Of a DNA stretch of 64,000 bases, positions 36,981 to 47,509 are shown in pieces (positions within the stretch are counted from its first letter, which is position 1; the number at the start of each line of letters is the position of its first letter). Position numbers and translations under genes: made by a program. Where the stretch lies: the IMG/VR virus record IMGVR_UViG_3300017780_006957, positions 46,277 to 110,276 of that record; one strand, given 5' to 3'. The notes under the pieces are model-generated. The model was not told the DNA's origin, did not search any database, and worked only from the letters and a program-made list of their open reading frames with translations. Origin of the DNA: a virus.

Positions 36981-39542
36981 TTATTTAAGTTGTGAAAGTT
37001 TCATATAGATTTTTTCTTTTAAGATATTAATTTTTTCGATAAAGATAATATCATCGCCCTTTGTTCCGTAGATGATAACCATATCACCTTTGACGGGAAG
37101 CTTTTTACCAGAATTTACATACTCAGTCAATCTTTCTTTGTTCGCGCTATCCATAAATAAACCAGATACTGTTCCAAGCTCGTCTTGAAGATCGAGTCTA
37201 GCGTATTTATTTCCATTAGCACTCGTTCTTTTCGTTATGTCAGAAATAGTGCCAACAAATTTAATTTGACCTCTTGGCTCTGCCTGTTTGAGTTCTTGAG
37301 ACGACATCAAACCACTGCCATCTTGATCTTTGAAAATTTGCCTAATATTATAAGAGTAACTATAACCCAAAAGTTCTGTTTCAAAAAACCAGTTAGCAAA
37401 TTTAAAATGTTGCTTGTTCATTTCATAAATACCCTTATATGGATCATACTTCTTTTTAAATGTCTCAAATCTTTTTGCAGTAAATAAAGGCTTGTTATCA
37501 TCTGCTGGCAAAGAGTTAACATGATAATCATGGATACATTTTAAAATATCAAAATTATATTTTGGACCAAGCTCAATCATGTTTCTTTTTTCACGGTCAC
37601 TAAGGACATTGAAGGTTTGTGCTTCTAGCACTAATCTACAGCGGTCTTTTGCTACGAACGAATCAAGAAGCCCAGCTTGGATCAACGCTGAAAAACAACC
37701 AATATTTAAACCAGATTGTTTTGCGGACGAAAACGCTTCGTATTTATTGGCGAATGATTCTTCTCTGAATTCCAAAAGAGATTCCAAAGATTTGTCCGAT
37801 ACGCCTTTAATGCAGTTTAAACCATAGCGGATATCCTTGCCCTCAATTTTAAAATCAATATCTGATTTGTTTAAATCGGGAGGAAGGAGCTTAATGTCAA
37901 AAAAAGATAGTTCTTGAGAGATTTTACGAATCTCATCTAAGGAGTCTGGCTCAAACCTAGCAAATTTCAACAAGCTCAAAAAGAATTCTTGAGGATAATT
38001 AAATTTAAGATAAACAGTGATAGCTGCCAAATTAGCATATGAAATAGAGTGGCTTTTATTAAAGCTATAATTAGCTGAATCTTCCGCAACTTTCCAAAGA
38101 ACTTCTCCAATTTCAAAATCAAGACTCTTTTCTGTAATTTTTTCTGCGATCTTATCTTTCCATGCTGCCATTTGATCAATCTTCTTTTTACCGACAATAC
38201 GACGAAGCTGTTCTGATTCATCAAGAGAGAATCCGACCTTTACCGCCATCTTCATTAGCTGCTCTTGATATAAAGGGATGCCGCCTGTATAACTAAGCAC
38301 ATCATCAAAGAATGGATGAACGGATTGGAAGTCTCCAGTTCTGACGTAATCTGCATAACGATCTTTGAAATCTAATGCTCCAGGTCTTGCAATAGCGACG
38401 ACCGCAGAAAGCTCCTCTAAGCTTCGTGGAGCGATTAGCTTGCACACTTTGAAGTTGGTGTCGGCTTCGATCTGGAAGAGTCCTTGTGGCTGTTCTAAGC
38501 AAGCCAAAGCGGCGTAGATAGATGGGTGTTGAACATCGATATCATCAACGTTGATTCCAATATTTTTACATACAGCATGAACAACTGATAATGTGCGAAG
38601 ACCAAGAATATCAAACTTAACACTAAGGCTTGCGACATCATTCATATCATAACCAGAAACCAAAGAATCATCATTAGTTTTTTGTAATGGCATGATATCT
38701 TCAACATCATAATAACTAATACAAATACCTGATGGATGAACACCAGTATTCTTATTTAGACCTTCAAGTTTTTTTGCAATATCATAAGATTTAGGATATT
38801 GATCAGCATATTTTTTGAAAGTTTCACTCTCTTCGTATGCAATACCAAGCTTTGCGACTTTTCCGAATTTTTTTGGAATTGAATCGCTGATTTCATTAAC
38901 TTGAGTTTCTGAAAGCTCATCAACGATTTTGCCGCACTCTTTGATACAAAGCTTGCCGCTGAGTGTATTCAAAGTAAGAATTTTACAAGTCCTGCCTTTG
39001 TATTTTTGATTAATATAATCGATCACTTCTGCACGTCGATCATAGGAAATATCATTATCTACGTCAGCAAGAAGTCCGCCATCAAGATAGGTTTCACCAT
39101 TATGTTCGATCTTTCTCGCACGACTTTTAGAAACAAATCGCTCAAAGAATAAATCGTATTGGATAGGATCAATATTAGTTACGCCAATAACATAAAGAAC
39201 AAGTGATCCTGCCGCAGATCCACGACCTGCCCCAGTAGGGATTCCATTCTCTTTGCAATAGTTAAGAATATCCCAGTTAAGAAGAATATAATCAATAAAG
39301 CCAAGATCCTCCAAAACAGAAAGTTCTTCTTTTAGGCGATCATAATATTTTTGGACATTATCTTTCTTATCAATTCCCCTGCCGATAAGACCTTTGTGAC
39401 AGAGCCTACGAAGAAAGTTGAAATTTGACTGATTTTCAGAACATCCTACGTAATCATAATATTTTTTTTCAATTTTGATTTGTGGCAGTTTTACTCCGAC
39501 AGGAAATGGAGTTTCATATTTTTGATAGTTAGAAAAATTCAT
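36981..39542 (-). CDS. dnaE: DNA polymerase III alpha core (lacks PHP domain)
   Basis: GRGSAAGSLV, DVDND, GVHPSG, KFDILGL, YQEQ, YSFNKSH, C-terminal OB. Confidence 0.95.
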   Translation of the reverse strand: MNFSNYQKYETPFPVGVKLPQIKIEKKYYDYVGCSENQSNFNFLRRLCHKGLIGRGIDKKDNVQKYYDRLKEELSVLEDLGFIDYILLNWDILNYCKENGIPTGAGRGSAAGSLVLYVIGVTNIDPIQYDLFFERFVSKSRARKIEHNGETYLDGGLLADVDNDISYDRRAEVIDYINQKYKGRTCKILTLNTLSGKLCIKECGKIVDELSETQVNEISDSIPKKFGKVAKLGIAYEESETFKKYADQYPKSYDIAKKLEGLNKNTGVHPSGICISYYDVEDIMPLQKTNDDSLVSGYDMNDVASLSVKFDILGLRTLSVVHAVCKNIGINVDDIDVQHPSIYAALACLEQPQGLFQIEADTNFKVCKLIAPRSLEELSAVVAIARPGALDFKDRYADYVRTGDFQSVHPFFDDVLSYTGGIPLYQEQLMKMAVKVGFSLDESEQLRRIVGKKKIDQMAAWKDKIAEKITEKSLDFEIGEVLWKVAEDSANYSFNKSHSISYANLAAITVYLKFNYPQEFFLSLLKFARFEPDSLDEIRKISQELSFFDIKLLPPDLNKSDIDFKIEGKDIRYGLNCIKGVSDKSLESLLEFREESFANKYEAFSSAKQSGLNIGCFSALIQAGLLDSFVAKDRCRLVLEAQTFNVLSDREKRNMIELGPKYNFDILKCIHDYHVNSLPADDNKPLFTAKRFETFKKKYDPYKGIYEMNKQHFKFANWFFETELLGYSYSYNIRQIFKDQDGSGLMSSQELKQAEPRGQIKFVGTISDITKRTSANGNKYARLDLQDELGTVSGLFMDSANKERLTEYVNSGKKLPVKGDMVIIYGTKGDDIIFIEKINILKEKIYMKLSQLK

Positions 39543-40171
39543 AGTTCAATTTCAAATAATTGTTTTTTAAAGATCTTATAAGTCATTTCGCAGTCATAGA
39601 TAGCGTCATGCAAGCGTTTCTCATCAAAGGGGATTTCATATTTCTTCAACAAAGCCAACTGAGAAGCTTTGACCTTCTTATCTCTATGATTAAGAAGTCT
39701 ATATTGCCAACTAATTAAATCATCTTTTTGCGCTGGAATCTGTTTCGCAATCGCCATTGCAAGACAACGAGTATCAATGATTCTATCGACAAACGAATAA
39801 TCAGATTTTAATCCAATTAGCTTGCGCCAGATATTTAACATATAAACATCAAATCCTAAAATATTTTGTCCAATCAATTTATATTGTGGATCATAAAGGT
39901 ATTTGCCAAATAGATTAAAAGCCTCTATAGGGTCTATGGCTTTTCTTTCATAATGCTCATAAGAAAAACCAGTTACCTTAGCCGCCCCTTCGGACACTTT
40001 GAGATCGCTCCATTTAATATAAATATCAAATTTTTCAAGAGTCTTTTCTCCTTGAGAGACAGTCCAAGCTATCTGCCAAGGTTTAGAATGCACAAGATTT
40101 AAACCTTCTGTTTCAAAATCCCAAGTGACGTATTTTTGTTGCTTATCAAATCTAAGTAAATCAGTTTGCAT
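39539..40171 (-). CDS. DEDDh 3'-5' exonuclease (DnaQ-like)
   Basis: DFETEGL, N..GFD, DT, HDAIYD. Confidence 0.9.
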   Translation of the reverse strand: MQTDLLRFDKQQKYVTWDFETEGLNLVHSKPWQIAWTVSQGEKTLEKFDIYIKWSDLKVSEGAAKVTGFSYEHYERKAIDPIEAFNLFGKYLYDPQYKLIGQNILGFDVYMLNIWRKLIGLKSDYSFVDRIIDTRCLAMAIAKQIPAQKDDLISWQYRLLNHRDKKVKASQLALLKKYEIPFDEKRLHDAIYDCEMTYKIFKKQLFEIEL

Positions 40172-40925
40172 TTTGTTCTAAGTAGCTTTCGAAGCAAAAT
40201 TCATCGCTTCCAAAGTGATTAAGGTTTGGACTAGAAAGGGAAGATGCTTTTCCAAAACTTCGATTACAAAGAATCTTATAGGTTTGAAGTGCTGCATAAT
40301 CTTTTTTGTCTTTATAATAAATAGATTTTACTATTTTTGTCTTAAAGTCATATCCACCGCAAGTGAATTTATCAATATGTCTATCTATAATCATATCGAA
40401 TGGCAGATTATTATTCTCTACAAAAAAAGATGGTTTAATCCTTGAGAAATCGGGAACGCAATTTGATAAATACATATGATTATTAAAAATAAATGAATCA
40501 TAGAACGGAATTGCTAAATTAATATTTTGTTTTTGCCAAATTGAATTTAGATATTTGAAGTCAACTCTATCATTACAGTTTAGTGCTGAGTGCGATGAAA
40601 TCTTGTTGAGTAATCTACATCCATCATCATTTTTTGCGAAGATAATAATTTTATGATTAGAAGTCACAGATTCATCTAATACATCATTACAGCATGTTAT
40701 TCTTAGGCCGAAGATCAATTGGATATCATTATCCAAACAAGTATTATGCGCTTTGATGAAACCTGTCATGCGGTCCTCAACTAAAACAAGAGTTTTAATA
40801 TTATTATCATTACAAATTGTAATGATACTATCTGGTCCATCAGATTCTTCTGAATCATCTAAAGTCAAAATTGATTTCCCAATAGAAAAAGTACTTTTCC
40901 ATATTGGTATAATATTATTGCTCAT
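40161..40925 (-). CDS. stand-alone PHP domain of DnaE
   Basis: STFSIGKS, L.ED.MTGF..., IFG, H.IIIFAKN..G...L.KI.S. Confidence 0.8.
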   Translation of the reverse strand: MSNNIIPIWKSTFSIGKSILTLDDSEESDGPDSIITICNDNNIKTLVLVEDRMTGFIKAHNTCLDNDIQLIFGLRITCCNDVLDESVTSNHKIIIFAKNDDGCRLLNKISSHSALNCNDRVDFKYLNSIWQKQNINLAIPFYDSFIFNNHMYLSNCVPDFSRIKPSFFVENNNLPFDMIIDRHIDKFTCGGYDFKTKIVKSIYYKDKKDYAALQTYKILCNRSFGKASSLSSPNLNHFGSDEFCFESYLEQNAN

Positions 40926-41004
40926 GATAATTTTTATCATTAATTTAAAATAATGTCAAATAGAAAAGCATCTAATCGAACTTTAATGTGTAAATATACC
41001 ACAT

Positions 41005-41775
41005 ATGAAAAGATTTTCACAAGAAGAAAAAATATGGATTAAAGACAACTACAAGCACAAATCAATTAATGAAATGTGTTCTTTCTTAGAAAGAACCGAA
41101 GCTTCTGTAAAAGGATTTCTAAATAAAAATAAATTAAAAAATAGCTTTGATTATTCTAGACCTAATAATATTGGATTAGAAAATGAAAAATTATGTTATC
41201 TTTTGGGATTTATTTGGGCAGATGGCTATATTAGTGAAAAAGGATATATAGAATTAACTATTTTAAATTCAGATGGACAACAAATATTACCCGTAATCCA
41301 ATATATTGAAGGATTTAAAATTAGATTAAATAATAGAAAAAATAAAAAAACTACTATATCTTTTATATCTAGAAATAAAGATTTTGTTTCTATGTTATTG
41401 AATTTAAAATTTAATAACAAAAGTTATTGCGAACCAACTGAACTTTTACAGATTATGCCAAAAAATAATCATTATCTTTTTTGGAGAGGTTTATTCGATG
41501 GTGATGGTTGTATTTATGATCAAAAGACTTCAGCTACAAAAGTATCAAAAAGAATAGAAATTTCAGGTCAATATGATTATCAATGGACAGAGCTTTCTAA
41601 ATTATTAGAAAATCTTAATTGTTCTTTTTGTATAAAAAAGTCAGATACTCTTTATGGAAAAAATTCTTTGATTAAGATTTGGAGAAAGGCTGATGTCATA
41701 AAATTTAGTGAATATATTTACGCCGACGGAGGAATTAATGGGTGCTTAACTAGAAAAAAAATTAAGTTTTATTGA
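41005..41775 (+). CDS. LAGLIDADG homing endonuclease
   Basis: YLLGFIWADG and FWRGLFDGDG; opposite strand to flanking operon; GTGTAA upstream. Confidence 0.9.
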   Translation: MKRFSQEEKIWIKDNYKHKSINEMCSFLERTEASVKGFLNKNKLKNSFDYSRPNNIGLENEKLCYLLGFIWADGYISEKGYIELTILNSDGQQILPVIQYIEGFKIRLNNRKNKKTTISFISRNKDFVSMLLNLKFNNKSYCEPTELLQIMPKNNHYLFWRGLFDGDGCIYDQKTSATKVSKRIEISGQYDYQWTELSKLLENLNCSFCIKKSDTLYGKNSLIKIWRKADVIKFSEYIYADGGINGCLTRKKIKFY

Positions 41776-42781
41776 AGCGGGGGCATCCTTCATAGTATTT
41801 CATTTCATGGCTTCCGCCCTCTGGAATCATCTCTTCAGAAAACTCTTCTTCTCTAATAGAGACAATAAATTCTTTATTTTTATCAAAAATATGATGATAG
41901 AAAAACGGAAGCTTAGAAGAGCATTTCCACATAAGTGACCCATCTTTTTTAAGATGCCCTTCGTGATCAGCCCTACCACAAACTAGTTTGCCAGCAAATC
42001 CTTCGTCCTTTGCGGGATAACCTTTATCATAAGCGAAATTAGATTTAGCAGTATTCTCATCGAACTTGTTGATGGTTTCTTGAATTCCAGTAAGAAAGTA
42101 TTCAAAGCCTTCAAGTTCATCATCTGAAAGCTGATCCATTTTTAAATGACCCTTACCTCTACAATCAAATTTAATAAATAAAAATTCAGAATTTCTCTTA
42201 ATGTATTCTGGATACAAATACTTTACTGCAAGACTATACATTAAATCTTGCATATTGTCTTTCGCTTCTTTACCCTCAAAGACTCCTTTGGATGTTTTGA
42301 AGTCTCTAATAAGAATTCTGCTTTGTTTCTTAAAAAGAAACAGCTTATCAATAAATCCTAAGATTCTATAATTCTTGCCATCTTGATTGATATTTAAATC
42401 AAATTTTTCTTCGCTGAGAGCTTGGGTTAGTCCCTTGTCTTCTTCTCCGAAGAAGTCAAAGTTTAATCCTTCTACTGTCATTGAATTAATTAGATCAATA
42501 TTTTCTTGATCAGCAATATTGTATTTTTTTGCATAAGCCATTACCATTCTTTTGATTGGCTTAGATACAAAAATATCTTGCGCTTTTATAATTGAATCAT
42601 AATGATGCTTGTGTTTTGGGTTGCCTAGATTTTCAAAGATCGCGTGACAAATGCTGCCCCTTAAATTACCATGATTATTTTTATTAGGTAATTTAAGTTT
42701 ATAGTTTGTCCAGTAAAGCCAACTACAAGTTTGTAGCGTTTTGATTCTGGATGCTGATAGTGGAGTATTAGGCTCGGTCAT
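41762..42781 (-). CDS. PD-(D/E)XK exonuclease (RecB/Cas4-like)
   Basis: LSASRI...C, GSICH, GFIDKL, DFKTSK, Q...Y. Confidence 0.85.
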   Translation of the reverse strand: MTEPNTPLSASRIKTLQTCSWLYWTNYKLKLPNKNNHGNLRGSICHAIFENLGNPKHKHHYDSIIKAQDIFVSKPIKRMVMAYAKKYNIADQENIDLINSMTVEGLNFDFFGEEDKGLTQALSEEKFDLNINQDGKNYRILGFIDKLFLFKKQSRILIRDFKTSKGVFEGKEAKDNMQDLMYSLAVKYLYPEYIKRNSEFLFIKFDCRGKGHLKMDQLSDDELEGFEYFLTGIQETINKFDENTAKSNFAYDKGYPAKDEGFAGKLVCGRADHEGHLKKDGSLMWKCSSKLPFFYHHIFDKNKEFIVSIREEEFSEEMIPEGGSHEMKYYEGCPRFNKT

Positions 42782-43853
42782 TACAAAGTTTTGAAAATTT
42801 AGTTACGTCTTTGGCGTTGAAAAATGTAGGATTCTTTTCAATAAAGCTTAGAATAGCTTTGATTTGCTTATCTTTATCGATCTCTTGTGAGAGCCAGTCT
42901 TTAAGATTATACTCGCTTTCATGGGCAATTCCAAAATCATTATGAGGCTTTGGAGGAAGTTTAATGACTAGCTGATTAAGATCAAAGAATTTACTAAGAT
43001 TCATAAAAATCTTAATAGATGAAATAAGTCCATGATTCTTTTCGGACTCGGCATCATTGTTATTGGAAATAATGATTCGATTAATCTCTTTGCCGCTAAG
43101 ATATGAAATGATTTTTGGATTGATACCAAGCCCAAAAGTGACTAGGGAGTTCTTAATTCCTTGATCGAATAACGCCATACTATCGCCAATGCTCTCCACA
43201 AGAATGACTTCTTTGGCTTGATCAATATATTCATCTACTGTTGTAGGAGCTGGAACATATGCTGGATAAACCCAATTCTTTCTTTTGCCAAGATGCTTCC
43301 ATTTAGCGAAATCATTTTCATTATCTACTTTTCGCCCAGAGAATCCAATAATTTGTTTATTCTCATCATAGATCGGGAAAACCATTCTACGATACATCTG
43401 TCCTACGCCAGCAAGACCGACTTTGAAAAACTTTTGAGTAGTTTCTGAAATTGATTTATTTTTATAAAAATTATAATTTGGAAATAATCTTTCTAGTGCT
43501 GATTCTGGGTAAATTTTTTCCATTTCAATTAATTCTTTATTTTCTGTATAAACATATGTTTCACCTTTTTGAATTCCATCTAAGATTGTTTTTAATCTAG
43601 ATCTATCATCTCTAAGAGTAAGCTGTATTAAGGCTTCTAAAGGTTTTGAGCCTTTGTTTTCAATATAGTCATTCCATACTCCTGTATTTTTATATATCTG
43701 AACTGCTGTTCTGTTATCACCATTTCTATAAATGGCGCTAGTTCTCCAGTGGTTTCCGCAATCAATAAGATTATAGCCTATTGACTCAAGAACTTCTTTG
43801 ATCTTATTAGAATCTATCGAAATTGGGGATTTGGTCGTTGCTGTCTGTGTCAT
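42768..43853 (-). CDS. DNA primase (TOPRIM)
   Basis: RMVFPIYD....IGFSGR, KW, VILVESIGD. Confidence 0.85.
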   Translation of the reverse strand: MTQTATTKSPISIDSNKIKEVLESIGYNLIDCGNHWRTSAIYRNGDNRTAVQIYKNTGVWNDYIENKGSKPLEALIQLTLRDDRSRLKTILDGIQKGETYVYTENKELIEMEKIYPESALERLFPNYNFYKNKSISETTQKFFKVGLAGVGQMYRRMVFPIYDENKQIIGFSGRKVDNENDFAKWKHLGKRKNWVYPAYVPAPTTVDEYIDQAKEVILVESIGDSMALFDQGIKNSLVTFGLGINPKIISYLSGKEINRIIISNNNDAESEKNHGLISSIKIFMNLSKFFDLNQLVIKLPPKPHNDFGIAHESEYNLKDWLSQEIDKDKQIKAILSFIEKNPTFFNAKDVTKFSKLCNDRA

Positions 43854-45324
43854 CTAGTTCTTCGTCTCCTTCTAGTGTTCTTGAAATATCCCTCAGATCT
43901 CCCCGCTCTGCAATGTTAAAATTAGCGAATTCCAAATTAACAAAATTCTTACGAAGCGTATCGCCAATTCGAACTGGTTCGATTGCGCCAGCAATATCCT
44001 TGCCAAGATGTCTTGCTTTGACGTTGATTAATTTATGAGTTCCGAATCTTACCCCCTCTGTTTGGATTTCATCGGCGGTTTTGTTTCTAAGGATAAACAT
44101 GTGAGAACAGAATTGGGTAATGCGGTCTGAAAGAGATACAACGCTCTCATCGTCAATAACATTTGCTGACATTCTATTGTTCGTAATACCGCTCCTATTC
44201 GATTGAACCGAAGTTATCATGGGGATTACTGGATTACCATCTTCAAGAATCTCTTTTTGGATACACTTCTTAAATTTATCAACCATCTCACCAACAGTTT
44301 GCCACTCACTTTTTCCAGCACTAGATTCTGAAGTTGTTTTAATGTAATCAAAAGAAAAAATCATTTGATTACCACGGCCAACCTTAGAATAATAAAATCT
44401 TTTTAATGTATCAACCATTGAATCTACATCCATGCCGCCGACATTATAATAATAGAACTGAAGATGTTTAATCTTCGTCCAAACGCTACGGACCTTATCC
44501 ACGATATCTTGCCCCGCTCTACGCCAGTTTCCACTCTCAATAAGATGCATTGGAACGCCCGAAAGAGCAGCGCACTGGCGCATTACCAATTCTTCCTTGC
44601 TCATCTCTCCATTGTCAAAATGTAATACTGGAACATTGTATTTTTCGCTAACTCTTGTTGCATAATGCATACAAAATTGGGTTTTACCAACTCCAGAACG
44701 AGCAACAATAACTGTGATGTTTCCTGGCCTCAGTAGAGATCCATAAATTTCATTAACTTTTGGATGCGGACCCATCATACCGAACTCCGTAATGGGATTA
44801 TTGCCCCTCTCTTCAATGATGTCTTCCATGTCAGCGTAGATATTCTCTGGAACGTCCTTGCCAATCTCATAGAGATTAATCTTGGAGTTATAAATGCCAT
44901 CTGCACACTCGACAATTTGTTGATATGAAGATTCTGGTGATATGGATTTCATCGCCTTTGCCATCTCCTGAGAGGAGTTGAAAATTTCCCTGCGAATAGA
45001 AAATTTCTTTAGTTCTTTTGCTGTCTTAACCAGATTTCCCGCTGGAACTTTTCTCAATGCGAGCGACTTAATGTAATCAGACGGATTTAAGTTGTCCTCA
45101 AAAGATAACCCAATAGAATTAATTCTTTGGGCAATAATGATCTCATCAATCTCGTCGCCAGCATCAATAGCTTGCTTAATAATAGTAAAGATTGCACTAT
45201 GAAGATTGCTCTGTTCTGAATAAAAATCAGATGCTCCAATAAAATTGGAGATCTGTGAAAAATGCTGCGACTCTTTAATGAGTCCAGCAAGTAATTGTTT
45301 TTCTATTTCAAAGTTATAAATCAT
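43807..45324 (-). CDS. dnaB: replicative DNA helicase
   Basis: ARSGVGKT, EMSKEEL..R, DYI, Q.NR, KARH. Confidence 0.92.
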   Translation of the reverse strand: MIYNFEIEKQLLAGLIKESQHFSQISNFIGASDFYSEQSNLHSAIFTIIKQAIDAGDEIDEIIIAQRINSIGLSFEDNLNPSDYIKSLALRKVPAGNLVKTAKELKKFSIRREIFNSSQEMAKAMKSISPESSYQQIVECADGIYNSKINLYEIGKDVPENIYADMEDIIEERGNNPITEFGMMGPHPKVNEIYGSLLRPGNITVIVARSGVGKTQFCMHYATRVSEKYNVPVLHFDNGEMSKEELVMRQCAALSGVPMHLIESGNWRRAGQDIVDKVRSVWTKIKHLQFYYYNVGGMDVDSMVDTLKRFYYSKVGRGNQMIFSFDYIKTTSESSAGKSEWQTVGEMVDKFKKCIQKEILEDGNPVIPMITSVQSNRSGITNNRMSANVIDDESVVSLSDRITQFCSHMFILRNKTADEIQTEGVRFGTHKLINVKARHLGKDIAGAIEPVRIGDTLRKNFVNLEFANFNIAERGDLRDISRTLEGDEELDDTDSNDQIPNFDRF

Positions 45325-45329
45325 ATGTA

Positions 45330-45358
45330 TATATAGCACCCTTAATTAACGAATGCAA
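45330..45358 (-). promoter_or_regulatory. sigma70 promoter, likely leaderless dnaB
   Basis: TTGCAT-17-TATATA, 5 nt before ATG. Confidence 0.55.
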
Positions 45359-45360
45359 GA

Positions 45361-45606
45361 TCATTCATCAATCATTTCGGGATCATTATCTGTCCTATTA
45401 AGATAATCAGTCAAAGCTTTTTTCAAACCTAATTCGGTGATAACGGATTCAAAGCGAGAATAGATCATTGGATATCCCTTTTCGCTTACACACGCAATTA
45501 TTAATCCTTTATATTTATCCGAATCTCCGCTTAATTCATAGAGTTTATTAACTAAACTTTCTGGAATGTTAAATTCTGGCTGTTCTTCTGGTTCAAATTC
45601 TTCCAT
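45361..45606 (-). CDS. hypothetical protein
   Basis: ORF MEEFEPEEQPEF... Confidence 0.65.
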   Translation of the reverse strand: MEEFEPEEQPEFNIPESLVNKLYELSGDSDKYKGLIIACVSEKGYPMIYSRFESVITELGLKKALTDYLNRTDNDPEMIDE

Positions 45607-45607
45607 A

Positions 45608-46015
45608 TTATAAGTATATTTGTTGATTCTCAAAAAATTCCAAACAGATTTTATCTGTTGGGTAAATTTCCACTAATTTTAGATTGTTTTTTTGACAAAA
45701 TTCATATTTTTTGTCGTCTCTTTTTAATTGTTGTAAATATTTAAGTCTATTCCCATGAAAAAATTTTACAAATTTTGTATGTTGCGCTCCTTGGACTTCT
45801 ATCATGATTTTTTTATTTGCATTATAAAAATCAAAACTTAGCCTTGTTCCAACTAATCTAAATTCTTCAAAAACAATATCATGTTGCCAATATGGCTTTA
45901 AGAAGTTTTTAGTTTCTAATTGGAATTTACTTCTGCTTTTTTTGTTCCAATCAATTAAATATTTTTTAGGATTTTTAAGGGTTAATTCTCTATCGTTTAA
46001 TCCAATGAATTTCAT
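45608..46015 (-). CDS. Vsr/DUF559-like endonuclease
   Basis: SFDFY...IEVQGAQH...RD..K..FC. Confidence 0.75.
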   Translation of the reverse strand: MKFIGLNDRELTLKNPKKYLIDWNKKSRSKFQLETKNFLKPYWQHDIVFEEFRLVGTRLSFDFYNANKKIMIEVQGAQHTKFVKFFHGNRLKYLQQLKRDDKKYEFCQKNNLKLVEIYPTDKICLEFFENQQIYL

Positions 46016-47160
46016 TAATTTAAATCTGAGATTGATCGCTTAAAATAACCAATCAAAAAGTCGCATAGTTTTTCATCATCTTCGATTAATTTAAATAGGT
46101 TGGCATCACCGTGAACTTTTTCTGGAAACTCTAAACCATTTTCATTAAGAAGCTCTTTGAATTCATCTACAGGATTAATCCATGCTCCTTTCTTTTCTAA
46201 GAATTCCCAAGCATATAGCAGATCTACAATTTCTTTTTGAACCCAAATAGAAGTCCCATTCTTTCGACCATAACGAATTGGATAAGTAATTGTCATGTTG
46301 GTTTTTTCATTTGGAGATTTTTTGATTGTCGCTTTGGCGAAATGACCAATGATTGGATTTTTTTTCAAATCAATTGTTTTATTTGCTGGATCTTGCAGAA
46401 TGAGATCTCCTTTATATCGAGGCTCAAATTCTACAATATAATTTGCAAAGTGCAAAAGGGCATTACCTCCTGTCGCGCTTGTTTGGCGAATTGGGGCTTT
46501 GGAATATGGGTCGAGCTTAATGTCTGCTCTAACTTGGCTGATAAAAATTGCCATATGGCCGCGCTTTGTGAGAGCGATTGAAAGACGCTTCATGAAATTA
46601 GCAGCAATGACTGCGCCGCCAGCTACTTTATTGCTGTCTTCGAAAGACTTATCAAGATCTCCTTTAGTAATAAGACCGTCTACAGAGTCGAGAAGAAAAC
46701 AATACTTTGTCTTCTGTTCATTTTTGGCGACGAGTTCCCGCATTACTTCAACTACCGTTTCATAGATGTTACTTTCGAATACGAAACAAGTGCCATCCAC
46801 CCATTCATCCGCTGAAAATACAAACCGAACGCCCGACCTTTCTCTCATTTCTGGAGAGAGTCTTCCTTCTGCTTTAATATAAAAACCTTTGGCGTTTGGA
46901 AGGCTATTGCAAAAATTCTTCATAACCTCCAACGATTCTGAAGTTTTTCCTCCCTCATTCATTCCAACAAAACGGTGAAGCCCTGGGCCAAATCCACCGC
47001 CCAATTGCAGGTCAAATTGCAAAGACCCGCTTGATACCTTATAATCAATTTCATCTTCAAAATTATAATGATCTTCTTTATTTGTCTTTAAGAAAGATCC
47101 TAAAACATTTTGGGATGAAATTGGATCTTTTGCTTCTTTGATTTCTTTAATTTTACTCAT
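46015..47160 (-). CDS. recA: RecA-like recombinase
   Basis: SSGSL.FD..LGGG, GMNEGGKT, LDSV, FISQVR, TGGNAL. Confidence 0.9.
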   Translation of the reverse strand: MSKIKEIKEAKDPISSQNVLGSFLKTNKEDHYNFEDEIDYKVSSGSLQFDLQLGGGFGPGLHRFVGMNEGGKTSESLEVMKNFCNSLPNAKGFYIKAEGRLSPEMRERSGVRFVFSADEWVDGTCFVFESNIYETVVEVMRELVAKNEQKTKYCFLLDSVDGLITKGDLDKSFEDSNKVAGGAVIAANFMKRLSIALTKRGHMAIFISQVRADIKLDPYSKAPIRQTSATGGNALLHFANYIVEFEPRYKGDLILQDPANKTIDLKKNPIIGHFAKATIKKSPNEKTNMTITYPIRYGRKNGTSIWVQKEIVDLLYAWEFLEKKGAWINPVDEFKELLNENGLEFPEKVHGDANLFKLIEDDEKLCDFLIGYFKRSISDLN

Positions 47161-47509
47161 TTAAAAATTGTTTTGCTGTTTTTGGTTTGTTAATGATTTT
47201 AACGTCTTCTCCTTCTTTATCTCCAATAGAATAATTGATATACTTGCTTTCGTCAATCTTAAAGTTAAATGCTCTAAATTTAAGATCAAGCGTCATTTTC
47301 AATTTATCACAAACGATGTATGCCAACGAATCAAATTTCTTATCAAATGAAATAATATTCATAAAATCTTCAGAATATCTTTCGCATAGATCATTAAGAA
47401 TCTTCATTTCTCGCATATAAAAAAGACGCTTATCCTTCGTGGGAACAAGCGTCAGTCTAGAAAGAATATCTTTCTTATTGATTTTTTTCTTTGCTTTCTT
47501 TTTAGCCAC
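47153..47509 (-). CDS. hypothetical protein
   Basis: GTG start 5 nt after TTGCCA-16-TATACT. Confidence 0.6.
   Translation of the reverse strand: MAKKKAKKKINKKDILSRLTLVPTKDKRLFYMREMKILNDLCERYSEDFMNIISFDKKFDSLAYIVCDKLKMTLDLKFRAFNFKIDESKYINYSIGDKEGEDVKIINKPKTAKQFLNE

Noticed and set aside
41762-42781. Cas4 as part of a CRISPR system
   Set aside because: No other cas genes; sits in the replication operon like a typical phage exonuclease
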